64,000 nucleotides of DNA, taken from positions 6,815-70,814 of the forward strand of contig JAGYNB010000001.1 of NCBI GenBank assembly GCA_018400015.1. Reading direction: 5' to 3'. The notes beneath the pieces are model-generated. The model was not told where the DNA came from. It saw nothing but the letters and a program-made list of their open reading frames with translations, and did not search any database. Origin of the DNA: Candidatus Omnitrophota bacterium (GTDB lineage Bacteria; Omnitrophota; Gorgyraeia; Gygaellales; Gygaellaceae). Below, piece after piece: positions 1 through 8,963 of this stretch. A program made the translations under genes and the position numbers. How positions within the stretch are numbered: the first letter of the stretch is position 1; each line of letters begins with the position of its first letter.

Positions 1-1
1 T

Positions 2-1702
2 GAGCAGCAAAAACAGAGCAAGGAAGCAATCGTTGTCACAGAAATTCCTTACCAGGTAAACAAGACCAACATAATTGAAAACATTGCCCACTTAATAACC
101 AGTAAAAAAATTGATGGCATAAGCGACTTAAGAGATGAATCCGACAAAGACGGAATTAGAATAGTTATCGAGTTAAAAAGGGATGCCGATTCACAGATTG
201 TGCTCAACGGACTTTTTAAAAATACCCAATTGGAAGTTACTTATGGCATTATCAATTTGGCTCTTGTGGGCGGTCGACCAAAAGTGCTAAGCCTCAAAGA
301 GCTTATTGAACAGTATGTTTTGCACAGAAAACAAGTTATCAAAAGAAGAACTAAATTTGAATTAGATAAAGCCGAGCGCAGAGCGCACATACTAGAAGGT
401 TTAAAAATTGCCTTAAATAATATTGATGCGATAATCAAAACGATTAAAAGCAGCAAAAGTACGCCCGATGCGAAAAACAGTCTGATTAAGAAATTTGATT
501 TAAGCGAAATCCAGGCGCAGGCAATATTAGAGATGCAGCTTCAGCGTCTTACTGCTTTAGAGCGCAGTAAAATTGATACCGAATACGCAGAGTTATTGAA
601 AAGAATCGAAATGTTAAAATCCATTCTTGCTTCGGAAAAGAAAGTAGAGCAGATCATAAAAGATGAGCTAGGCGAGTTGAAGAAAAAATTTGCTGACGAG
701 CGCAGGACTGAAATTGTTGGGGAGGTGCAGGACATCGACATTGAGGATTTGATCGCAGAAGAAGACATGGTTATTACAATATCCCATACCGGTTATATAA
801 AAAGACTCGCTATAAGTTCTTATCGAAAGCAAAGAAGAGGCGGTAGGGGTGTTACAGGAATGGGGACAAAAGAAGATGATTTTGTAGAGCGGTTATTTAT
901 TGCTTCGACTAAGGATTATCTGCTTGTGTTTACTACCGCAGGCAAAATATTTTGGCTTAAAGTTTATGAGATTCCCGAAGTATCGCGAGCAGCAAAAGGT
1001 AAGGCAATAGTAAATTTATTGCAACTTTCTTCGGGCGAGGGAATTAGCTCCGTAGTGGCAGTGAAGGAGTTTAGCGACGATAAGTTTTTAGTGATGTGTA
1101 CAAAAAACGGGCTCATAAAAAAAACAATACTTTCCAGCTTCAGCAATCCCAGAAAAGCCGGAATTACCGCAATCGGTTTAGAGAAAGATGATTATTTGGT
1201 CGCCGCTGATTTAACCGACGGTAAAAACGATATTCTTGTGGCAACAAGAGAGGGCAAATCCTTGCGGTTTCCTGAGAAGTTAGTGCGCGATATGGGTAGG
1301 CAGGCAAAAGGGGTGAAGGCAATAAATCTGGCAAAAAAAGATTATGTTGTGGGCATGGAAAAGGTCTGGCCGGGTATGGAAAAAACCAATCTTTCACTTT
1401 TGACAGTTACGGCTTTAGGCTTTGCCAAAAGAACAGACTTTACAGAATACAGAACTCAGGCGCGCGCGGGGAAGGGAATTATAAATATTAAGGTTACTGC
1501 CAAAAACGGAGAAGTGTCCAGCATAAAATCTGTTGCTGAAGAAGATGAAATCATGGCTGTTACCTATAAAGGTATGACCGTAAGATGCGCTGTAAAAGAT
1601 ATTCGTAAAACCGGTCGCTCAACACAAGGCGTAAAGCTGGTAAATTTAGAAAAAAGCGATAAGGTTGCCGGTGTTGCAAAGATAGCCGGGAAAGATGAAT
1701 AA
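2..1702 (+). CDS. gyrA: DNA gyrase subunit A (5'-truncated by window edge)
   Basis: Frame open from base 2 (IVVTEIPYQVNK...DLRDESDKDGIRIVIELKR); GyrA-box QRRGGRG and C-terminal pinwheel repeats. Confidence 0.97.
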   Translation, partial: EQQKQSKEAIVVTEIPYQVNKTNIIENIAHLITSKKIDGISDLRDESDKDGIRIVIELKRDADSQIVLNGLFKNTQLEVTYGIINLALVGGRPKVLSLKELIEQYVLHRKQVIKRRTKFELDKAERRAHILEGLKIALNNIDAIIKTIKSSKSTPDAKNSLIKKFDLSEIQAQAILEMQLQRLTALERSKIDTEYAELLKRIEMLKSILASEKKVEQIIKDELGELKKKFADERRTEIVGEVQDIDIEDLIAEEDMVITISHTGYIKRLAISSYRKQRRGGRGVTGMGTKEDDFVERLFIASTKDYLLVFTTAGKIFWLKVYEIPEVSRAAKGKAIVNLLQLSSGEGISSVVAVKEFSDDKFLVMCTKNGLIKKTILSSFSNPRKAGITAIGLEKDDYLVAADLTDGKNDILVATREGKSLRFPEKLVRDMGRQAKGVKAINLAKKDYVVGMEKVWPGMEKTNLSLLTVTALGFAKRTDFTEYRTQARAGKGIINIKVTAKNGEVSSIKSVAEEDEIMAVTYKGMTVRCAVKDIRKTGRSTQGVKLVNLEKSDKVAGVAKIAGKDE

Positions 1703-1762
1703 AAAGAATTTGATATTTTTCTGTTTTATGGTATATTTACAAAACTAAAACTTTTAAGTTTT

Positions 1763-1837
1763 GACCCCATCGTCTAGCCTGGTCTAGGACAAGAGCTTTT
1801 CAAGCTCTCGACGCGGGTTCAAATCCCGCTGGGGTCA
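1763..1837 (+). tRNA. tRNA-Glu(TTC), CCA not encoded
   Basis: Acceptor GACCCCA/TGGGGTC; anticodon arm AGAGC-TTTTCAA-GCTCT; T-loop GGTTCAAATCC. Confidence 0.95.
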
Positions 1838-1944
1838 CTTTTATTAAGGTGATTTTTGTTTTTCGCGTTTCCTCCCGATAATCTTTATTTGTTGATTTAT
1901 TCTCCCAAGTATGATAATTTAGCAAAAAAGAAAGCAGATTTTCA

Positions 1945-2979
1945 ATGTTCTCGCCAAAACCAGAATTAAAAATCATATTTTTAGAAACTACCACAGCATG
2001 TAATCTTAATTGTGTTCATTGTAGGCGTAAAGTTTCTCATTTTGAACGCCAAAACGGCGAGCTTATTTTTAAGCAAATCACGGATTTAATAGATGAGGTT
2101 GTTGATTTTGCTAAGCCGTTTATTGTTTTAAGCGGCGGAGAACCGCTTTTAAGAAATGACATTTTTGAGATAGCACGCTATATTAAAAGTAAAAATTTAA
2201 AAGTCGGTCTTGCTACCAATGCGGTTTTGATAGACGAGCTGAAGGCGGAAAAAATAAAACAGGCAAAAATTGACATTGTAAGCGTAAGTATCGACAGCAT
2301 TGACGAAAGCGCTCATGATGCATTCCGTAATAGCCGGGGCGCTTTTAAAGCTACCTTAGAAGGCATAAGGTTATTAAAAAAACATAAAATCGCTTTTCAA
2401 ATCAATACAACCGTTACCAAACATAATTACTTGCAGATCGCGCAGATGACCACATTTAGTAAAAACTTGGGTGCATCGGCGCTTCATCTTTTTATCCTTG
2501 TGCCTGTTGGTTGCGGAAAAAAAATTCCTGTTAATGATATGCTCTCAAGCAGAGAATGCGAAGGCTTGTTAAGGCAGGTATTTTTAATGAATAAAAATAA
2601 CGATTTTAATATTCGTCCGACATGCGCCCCGTTTTTTGCAAGAATATCCGACGATAACAGCAAAACAAAGGCGGGCGGTTGTCTTGCCGGTAAAAGTATT
2701 ATTTTTGTTTCTTCAACCGGGGAAGTTTTTCCCTGTGGATATTTTGATCGCCCTGTGGCGAATATTAAAAATATCGGATTAAAAAAGATATGGCAGGAAA
2801 ATAGTTTTCTAAAAAAGCTAAGAGATCCTTTAGAATTAAAAGGGAAATGTTCTATTTGCGAATATAAAATTAGTTGCGGTGGGTGCCGGGCAAGAGCGTT
2901 TGCTCAGACTGGGGATTATTTTGCCCAAGACCCGGTTTGTAATTATGCGCCTGCTAAGTTGAGTGAAATAAAAAAATGA
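1945..2979 (+). CDS. Radical SAM/SPASM protein, AhbD/NirJ (heme b synthase)-like
   Basis: CNLNCVHC, SGGEPLLR, HDAFR, LHLFILVPVGCG, PTCAP, GCLAG, PCGY and SPASM tail GKCSICEYKISCGGCRARAFAQTGD. Confidence 0.85.
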   Translation: MFSPKPELKIIFLETTTACNLNCVHCRRKVSHFERQNGELIFKQITDLIDEVVDFAKPFIVLSGGEPLLRNDIFEIARYIKSKNLKVGLATNAVLIDELKAEKIKQAKIDIVSVSIDSIDESAHDAFRNSRGAFKATLEGIRLLKKHKIAFQINTTVTKHNYLQIAQMTTFSKNLGASALHLFILVPVGCGKKIPVNDMLSSRECEGLLRQVFLMNKNNDFNIRPTCAPFFARISDDNSKTKAGGCLAGKSIIFVSSTGEVFPCGYFDRPVANIKNIGLKKIWQENSFLKKLRDPLELKGKCSICEYKISCGGCRARAFAQTGDYFAQDPVCNYAPAKLSEIKK

Positions 2980-3767
2980 GAGAAATTGCAATTTACGGTA
3001 AAGGCGGAATCGGCAAAAGTTTTATTGCCAGCCACATATCTTATTGTCTTGCCGAAAAAGGTTTTAATGTTTTGCAAATTGGTTGTGACCCAAAACAGGA
3101 TAGCTGTGCGTTATTGCTCGATCGCAAAAGGATTCTTTCGGTTTTGGATTGGTTGAAAGAACGCGATTTTAATAAAGAAGATATAAATACGGAAGAGTTT
3201 ATTTTTGCTGTCAGCAAAAATAAAATCACCAACGGCAAAGTTTATTGTATAGAATCCGGAGGTCCTGAACCAGGCGTGGGTTGTGCAGGTAAAGGTATCG
3301 CCGAGGCTGTAGAGCTTATTAAGCAAAGCGGCCTGCAGCAGAGAAAAAAAATAGATTTTACTATCTACGATGTTTTAGGCGACGTAGTCTGCGGTGGTTT
3401 TTCGCTGCCGATAAGAGAGGGCTTTGCCAAGGAGATTTATATTGTTACTAGTTCCGAGCCAGAGTCCATTTATGCCGCTGTTAATATTTCTAAAGCGATA
3501 ATTAAATTTTCTCAAAGATCCGGAGCGAAGCTTGCAGGGATAATCGGCAACTCTAGAAACGGCCGTACAAATGAAGACCGGCTTAATAATTTCGTGCACA
3601 TATTAGGCTCTAATTTATTGGGCATAGTACCTTTTGAGGATATTTATGAAACCGGGATCAGCAAGGATACAGCTGTTTATAGCAATATAAGAACATTAAC
3701 GGAAAAAATAATTGCGCAACCTAATTGTACAATCCCTAAAAATATTGACTCAGAACAAATTTATTAA
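2976..3767 (+). CDS. NifH/CfbC/BchL-family Fe protein (ATP-dependent reductase component)
   Basis: YGKGGIGKS Walker A, GCDPKQDS, ESGGPEPGVGCAG and DVLGDVVCGGF with both cluster cysteines. Confidence 0.93.
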   Translation: MREIAIYGKGGIGKSFIASHISYCLAEKGFNVLQIGCDPKQDSCALLLDRKRILSVLDWLKERDFNKEDINTEEFIFAVSKNKITNGKVYCIESGGPEPGVGCAGKGIAEAVELIKQSGLQQRKKIDFTIYDVLGDVVCGGFSLPIREGFAKEIYIVTSSEPESIYAAVNISKAIIKFSQRSGAKLAGIIGNSRNGRTNEDRLNNFVHILGSNLLGIVPFEDIYETGISKDTAVYSNIRTLTEKIIAQPNCTIPKNIDSEQIY

Positions 3768-3770
3768 ATT

Positions 3771-5009
3771 TTGAATCAAAAAGCGACAATAAACTTAGAG
3801 CATACATGTTCTACTTTGCAGGCGCTGGCAACGCTTAATAGAATTGATGGCGTAGTTGCGGTATTGCACGCCAACAGAAGTTGTTCGTTTTGCATGCAGA
3901 TTGGTTCTTTTTCCTGTGCCAAAGCCGGTTTTCCCGTGCTTGTCTCGACAGAGATCGAGGCTAAGGATTTAATTTTTGGAGCCGAGAAAAAACTTAAAAA
4001 AACAATATTGGATGTGTTTGAACGGGTTTGCCCTCAAGCCATAGTTGTGTTAAATACCTGCACAGCGCAAATTAATAATGAGGACATAGAAGGATGTTTA
4101 AGCGCGCTAAGAAAGCAAATCCCTTGCGTTTTAAGTTTCTGCAATACAGGATGTAATATTTTGGGTTCACAGAGCGCGGGTAACGATTTTGCGTGGCAGG
4201 CGTTATTAAAACAAATTACACCTACGGATAAGAAAATTAAAGCTATTGGTCTTCTCGGCCGTTCGGGGATGGACACCGGTTCCCTTTCAGGCATAGAAGC
4301 CATTCTTGATAATTCAGGCATTGGTTATTTTTCTTTTCCGCAAAAAACCTTTCAAGAAACACACAAGATTACTTTGGTAAAAGACATTTTTGTTTTAAGC
4401 CCGGTTCCTTATTTTTCGTGCAAGACGTTAAAGGATAGGTTCGGCGTGAATTGTCATTATGGGGAGGTTCCAGCAGGCATAGAGGCGACAACCAAATTCC
4501 TTTTATTGTTGGCGGAGCACACCAAAAGCAAAAAACTTATTGATGTAGTAAAAAAAGAAAAAGCCAAGATTTTGCCAAAAGCAGGGTTATTAAAAAGTAA
4601 GCTTAGGGCAAAAAGACCGAATGTTTTATGCGCCTATGGTCCGGGCAATGAGTTTTCCATCGCCAAGATCCTCGCTGAATTCGGCGCGAACGTTTTTTTA
4701 TTAACCCAGCTGGACAATGAGTTTGCCAAGAAAGAAAAAATGATATTGAACGATAGGTACGGAGTAAACGTTTTAGATGATTCACCTGCGGATATACAGC
4801 AGATTATAGAAGAAAATAAAATCAACGCTGTCTTTACTGAGATTCAGTTTCCCCGAAAGCTGATTTCAAACAGGCCAATTTTTTATAATATGTTTTATTC
4901 TGGAGAATACGGTTATGGTTTTGCAATCAATTTTGTTGAAAACTTTCTTAGGTGTATAAATAATAAGGCCTACTATCAATGGGGGAAAATTAATGAACGC
5001 TATAGATAA
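3771..5009 (+). CDS. Nitrogenase component-1 fold protein, alpha (BchN/BchY/NifD-like)
   Basis: Cys13, Cys38, Cys97 in HTC / HANRSC / LNTC contexts; STEIEAKDLIFGAEKKL; PAGIEATTKFL; TTG start. Confidence 0.85.
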   Translation: MNQKATINLEHTCSTLQALATLNRIDGVVAVLHANRSCSFCMQIGSFSCAKAGFPVLVSTEIEAKDLIFGAEKKLKKTILDVFERVCPQAIVVLNTCTAQINNEDIEGCLSALRKQIPCVLSFCNTGCNILGSQSAGNDFAWQALLKQITPTDKKIKAIGLLGRSGMDTGSLSGIEAILDNSGIGYFSFPQKTFQETHKITLVKDIFVLSPVPYFSCKTLKDRFGVNCHYGEVPAGIEATTKFLLLLAEHTKSKKLIDVVKKEKAKILPKAGLLKSKLRAKRPNVLCAYGPGNEFSIAKILAEFGANVFLLTQLDNEFAKKEKMILNDRYGVNVLDDSPADIQQIIEENKINAVFTEIQFPRKLISNRPIFYNMFYSGEYGYGFAINFVENFLRCINNKAYYQWGKINERYR

Positions 5010-6518
5010 ATGAAAGATTTAAGAATAAAAAAAATATATAGGCCTACATTCGTAGAAGGGGTATTTTGGACGCTTGCCGGGATAAAAGATGCGGTTGTTG
5101 TGTTTCATTCTCCCGGAGGTTGTTATGTTTCTCAAATGCAGACTTTATTGAGCCTCGATGAACCTTACGCTGATTTTTACACAAGCAACCTTTCTATGCC
5201 CAGCTTAATTATTTCTGGAGAGGATAGATTAAAAAGCGTTCTTGAGAAAGCAAAAGTAAATTCGAGCGATTGTTTGTTCGTTATCGATTCAGTGCCCGCT
5301 AGCATGATCAAGGAGGATTTAGACGGGGTTGTCGAATGTTTTGGGTTTAAGAATGCCGTTGTATTGAATGTCGATTCGGATAAAACCTTGAATGAAGGCA
5401 GAGATTATGCTTTGCTTAGACTTCTGCCCATGATGCAAAAGGGTTTAGAAAAAAAAGACAAAACTGTTAATATTATCGGCCCCACATGCTGTATGTATAA
5501 TTGGCGTTCAGATGTAGCTGAAATAAAGCGCGTTCTTAATGATATCGGGGTCAGCGTAAATACAGTTTTGTGCGCAGGCTGTACGCTCGAACAGATAAAA
5601 AAAGCGCCCCAGGCCCGTCTTAATCTTTGTGTATACCCGCATGATTGCGGATTGAGTCTTGCAAAGAAGATGGAGAGCAGTTTTAATATTCCGTACTTTA
5701 AAGATGTTGTTCCTATTGGTTTTGAGCAAACCGCAAACTGGCTGGAGCAGGTGGCCCAATTTTTTTCTTTGGATCCCAATGATTATTTGAAAAAACAGAT
5801 GAAAGAAGCAATGAGGTTCATGGATTCTAATTTTATTTTTTCTGTTAGTCATGATTCAAAAGCAGCATTAAGCGTGCAAAATCATAATACTTACGCTTTA
5901 GGGATAAGCCGGTTTTTGCAAAATGAATTAGGCACGGAGGTTTCCGCAGTAATAACTACCGATAAGAATATTCATAGCAAGTTAAGAAATGATGTTGGGC
6001 GCGTATTATTTTCTCCCGATATCAATCAGATAAGAAGTTTATTTATAGAAGTCTGTCCTACAGTCGTATTAGGCAGTTTTTACGAATTTGCCATCACTAA
6101 AGAAGTTGGGATAAAGAATTTTCTTTATTGCGATATACCTATGCCGAAAAATATCATTACACAAAGTTCTCCCTATATGGGGTTTAGGGGAGCGGTAAAT
6201 TTAATCCAACAGATAGCCACTCAGACGATTTCCAGCCTGTTTATAGATGCCAAAAGCGATACGGATGTTGAGCTTGGCAAGTCTGTTGTGAAATGGGAAC
6301 CTTTTGCTATTTCTGCGTTGGGCGAGATTGCAGAAATGATCCCTTATTTTGTAAGGACCGTGGCAATTAAAAAAATAAAACTGGAAGCAGAACAGTTGGC
6401 AAAAAAGCTGGCAACTCCAGTAGATACAGATATTTTAAGGCGCTCTCTAGAAAAAAACAGCCATTTTAGAAACAATCAAAAAGTCGATATGATATTTAAA
6501 AAGCAGAACCAGGCATGA
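5010..6518 (+). CDS. Nitrogenase component-1 fold protein, beta (BchB/BchZ-like) with C-terminal PCP_red-like domain
   Basis: HSPGGC, TVNIIG, DVAEIKRVL, PIGFEQTANWL, PYMGFRGA; tail WEPFAISALGEIAEMIPYFVRTVAIKKI resembles the BchB/ChlB/BchZ C-terminal domain. Confidence 0.85.
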   Translation: MKDLRIKKIYRPTFVEGVFWTLAGIKDAVVVFHSPGGCYVSQMQTLLSLDEPYADFYTSNLSMPSLIISGEDRLKSVLEKAKVNSSDCLFVIDSVPASMIKEDLDGVVECFGFKNAVVLNVDSDKTLNEGRDYALLRLLPMMQKGLEKKDKTVNIIGPTCCMYNWRSDVAEIKRVLNDIGVSVNTVLCAGCTLEQIKKAPQARLNLCVYPHDCGLSLAKKMESSFNIPYFKDVVPIGFEQTANWLEQVAQFFSLDPNDYLKKQMKEAMRFMDSNFIFSVSHDSKAALSVQNHNTYALGISRFLQNELGTEVSAVITTDKNIHSKLRNDVGRVLFSPDINQIRSLFIEVCPTVVLGSFYEFAITKEVGIKNFLYCDIPMPKNIITQSSPYMGFRGAVNLIQQIATQTISSLFIDAKSDTDVELGKSVVKWEPFAISALGEIAEMIPYFVRTVAIKKIKLEAEQLAKKLATPVDTDILRRSLEKNSHFRNNQKVDMIFKKQNQA

Positions 6519-7627
6519 AACAAAATTTTTTAAATAGGGTTCACTTTAAGGTTATTCTGTTTATGGTAAAAAGAGCCATAGGGATAAAAAAGGGCCCAGT
6601 TAAAGTTGGTTTACAGATAACAAAAAGGTGTAATCTTAATTGTGTCCAATGTTCTGTAAAAGATACGGATGATTCTTTTGATGAACTTGACATCCAAGAA
6701 ATCGAAAAAGTTTTATTGAGTCTTAATAAGCTTGGTTGCGGGTTTTTGGTTTTGACTGGAGGAGAGCCTTTGTTAAGAGGCGATATTTGTCAGATAGTCG
6801 AGCTAACTTCCAAGTTTGGTTATACGACCGCACTGGCTACCAACGGGACAATTTTAACAAAAGAAATTGCCGAAAAGCTTAAGTTTGCCGGATTAAGCCT
6901 TTTTCACCTTTCATTAGACGCAGCCACTGCTGATAAACACGATGCCTTTCGCGGCGAAGGATCATTTAAAAAAACGCTTCAAGGTATTAGAATTGCAGTT
7001 GCAACAGGGTTGCCCGTGTGTGTCACAACTACAATAACAAGACAGAACAAAAACGAATTAGAGGAAATAGTAAAGCTTTTAGAAAAAGAAAAGGTACAGC
7101 AATGGTCGCCGATTTTTCTTGTTCCCTGCGGCCAGGCTGAAAAGATATATCACTCGCAAGCGGTAAAAGAAACAAATGAAATCCTGGCCTTATTTGATAA
7201 GTTGTATATAATAGAAAATAAGTTTAATAAAAGAATCAAAATATATATACACGATCCGCACACATATTTTGCTTATCTTTTGTTTAATAAAAAAGCAAGC
7301 TTTATGAGAAGAGTATTTTTTCATATAAGAAAAGGCTGCGGTATCTTAAACAGGTTTACGCTTTATATAAATAGCGACGGCACAATTAAGCCTTGCGCGT
7401 ATTATCCCGAGAGTCTCAAAGAGGTTAATGTAAAAACACACGATTTAAAAGATGTGTTTATAACAAATGGCGAGTTGGCAATGTTAAGAAATAAGCGTGC
7501 CTTAAAAGGTCAATGCAGGGAGTGTAGGTTTCTTTTTTGTTGCGGTGGGTGCCGAGCGAAAGCGCTTATTATAGGCGGAGACCATTTCGTCGAGGAAAAA
7601 AGCTGCCCCTTTTTTTTAAAAAGATGA
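6515..7627 (+). CDS. Radical SAM/SPASM protein
   Basis: CNLNCVQC, TGGEPLLR, KGCG...PCAY, GQCRECRFLFCCGGCRAKA. Confidence 0.9.
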   Translation: MKQNFLNRVHFKVILFMVKRAIGIKKGPVKVGLQITKRCNLNCVQCSVKDTDDSFDELDIQEIEKVLLSLNKLGCGFLVLTGGEPLLRGDICQIVELTSKFGYTTALATNGTILTKEIAEKLKFAGLSLFHLSLDAATADKHDAFRGEGSFKKTLQGIRIAVATGLPVCVTTTITRQNKNELEEIVKLLEKEKVQQWSPIFLVPCGQAEKIYHSQAVKETNEILALFDKLYIIENKFNKRIKIYIHDPHTYFAYLLFNKKASFMRRVFFHIRKGCGILNRFTLYINSDGTIKPCAYYPESLKEVNVKTHDLKDVFITNGELAMLRNKRALKGQCRECRFLFCCGGCRAKALIIGGDHFVEEKSCPFFLKR

Positions 7628-7893
7628 AAGAACAGAAAAAACTATTTTTTCAAAAAATTGCCACCTTGATTTTAATTTTTACTAGTTATGCTTTTAATTA
7701 TTATTGGGTTTTTAACAATCTTTATTGGGTGGGCATTTTGTTTGTTTTGATAGGTTTGTATTTATTTTTTAAGCTTGTCAAAGCAAAAATCATGGCAGAG
7801 ATAGTTTTTTGGTCTTTTTGTCTTGCCACAGTTACGATATTTATCATAAAGGCGATTTATTTTTGGTTTGGAATACACATAAGAACATGTTAA
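7624..7893 (+). CDS. Small membrane protein (about 3 TM helices, 89 aa)
   Basis: ATG at 7624 overlaps upstream stop (ATGA); three hydrophobic segments; similar to the next ORF. Confidence 0.7.
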   Translation: MKEQKKLFFQKIATLILIFTSYAFNYYWVFNNLYWVGILFVLIGLYLFFKLVKAKIMAEIVFWSFCLATVTIFIIKAIYFWFGIHIRTC

Positions 7894-8132
7894 AAAAAAT
7901 TAAATCCGCATTGTTAAAGACAGGATTGGTTGTTGCTATTTTATTTTGGCATGACTTTTGTCATATTTGGGTTGGGAAAAGGCTTTATTTTATGATTCCC
8001 ATTGTTATAATCATTTCTTTTTATTCAATCATAAAAGCTTTTATGGAAAAGAATATTTACCGTTCGGGAGTTTGGCTGTGGGTATTTTTTTATGCTTCAG
8101 TTAATTTTATTGTTATGGCAATTTACCATTAG
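7887..8132 (+). CDS. Small membrane protein (about 3 TM helices, 81 aa)
   Basis: ATG at 7887 overlapping the previous ORF end; hydrophobic segments; similar to the previous ORF. Confidence 0.7.
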   Translation: MLKKIKSALLKTGLVVAILFWHDFCHIWVGKRLYFMIPIVIIISFYSIIKAFMEKNIYRSGVWLWVFFYASVNFIVMAIYH

Positions 8133-8135
8133 TTT

Positions 8136-8963
8136 ATGAAAATAGACGCGCTAGAGAAAACGCATTTTAATTATTTTCATTTCCATAAATGGAGCTTTGT
8201 TTTAAGGCAAAACAAGCATTTGTCTTTCTATAAACCATACTGGAAGAATATGGTTGTTAAAATGCACATAGCGCAGGAATTGTTTTTAAAGCACCTAGGT
8301 AGCTTAAAAAAAGAAATATCGATCGATAGTAAAGACACTGAAAAGTTAAATAACTTTTTTATATTCGACGCGGAGAAAATATTGGGTGATGCTAGATTAA
8401 CAGATACACAAAAGCAATGCCTTGATTACAGGATATCCGAACACAGAGAAATAGTCAAAACAGCGTATTTATTGCGCGAAATTTCCGGTCGTTTGGGGAT
8501 TAAGGCGTTGAAAGAAGCCGCCGGTTCTATAAAAAAAGATTTTGCATTGCGTCTTCAGAAAGTCACAGCAGAAAGCATTGATCGCAGAAAGAAAAAGAAA
8601 CTAAGTTTTCGTTATATGTTGGGGGATCACTTTATTACAATAGAAAAAACGCATTCTGCTTGCAGGCTTGTTTTTTTAAATTGCCCCATTTACGGAGTTT
8701 TCCATTATTTAGGATTTATGGCTGAAGGAGAGATTTTTTGTCAGCTGTGCGAAGCTCATGGAGAAATTATGACCAAAAGCAATATTCCAATAAGACATAA
8801 GTTTTCTTTATCGCACAGTCTATGTGCAGGAAGCAAAAGATGTGAATTCTCGATGAATGTTATTAACCCCGCCGTCAATTTATTATTAAAGTGCGTTCCT
8901 GATAAAACAATAAATTTTCTTTTGGGTTTGAGCGAGCCAAAACATATTAAGAATGAGTTTTAA
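8136..8963 (+). CDS. Hypothetical protein with C-terminal V4R / ATC-hydrolase-like Cys motif domain
   Basis: NCPIY...FCQLC...SHSLCAGSKRCEF pattern; coupled to neighbours. Confidence 0.55.
   Translation: MKIDALEKTHFNYFHFHKWSFVLRQNKHLSFYKPYWKNMVVKMHIAQELFLKHLGSLKKEISIDSKDTEKLNNFFIFDAEKILGDARLTDTQKQCLDYRISEHREIVKTAYLLREISGRLGIKALKEAAGSIKKDFALRLQKVTAESIDRRKKKKLSFRYMLGDHFITIEKTHSACRLVFLNCPIYGVFHYLGFMAEGEIFCQLCEAHGEIMTKSNIPIRHKFSLSHSLCAGSKRCEFSMNVINPAVNLLLKCVPDKTINFLLGLSEPKHIKNEF

Noticed and set aside
2976-6518. Nitrogen fixation (nifHDK)
   Set aside because: The beta subunit lacks the P-cluster Cys set, no FeMo-co ligand context was recognised, and no nifB/E/N or PII genes are nearby
2976-6518. 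True photosynthetic bchLNB/bchXYZ or F430 cfbCD
   Set aside because: No bch/chl or reaction-centre genes in the window; Fe-protein motifs are not BchL-like; CfbD is a single short subunit usually found with cfbA/B/E
7537-7886. Longer starts in the ORF track (7537, 7809; similarly 19611, 29008, 30165, 53428, 60917)
   Set aside because: Most overlap upstream genes more than needed; downstream ATGs give better coupling or SD spacing
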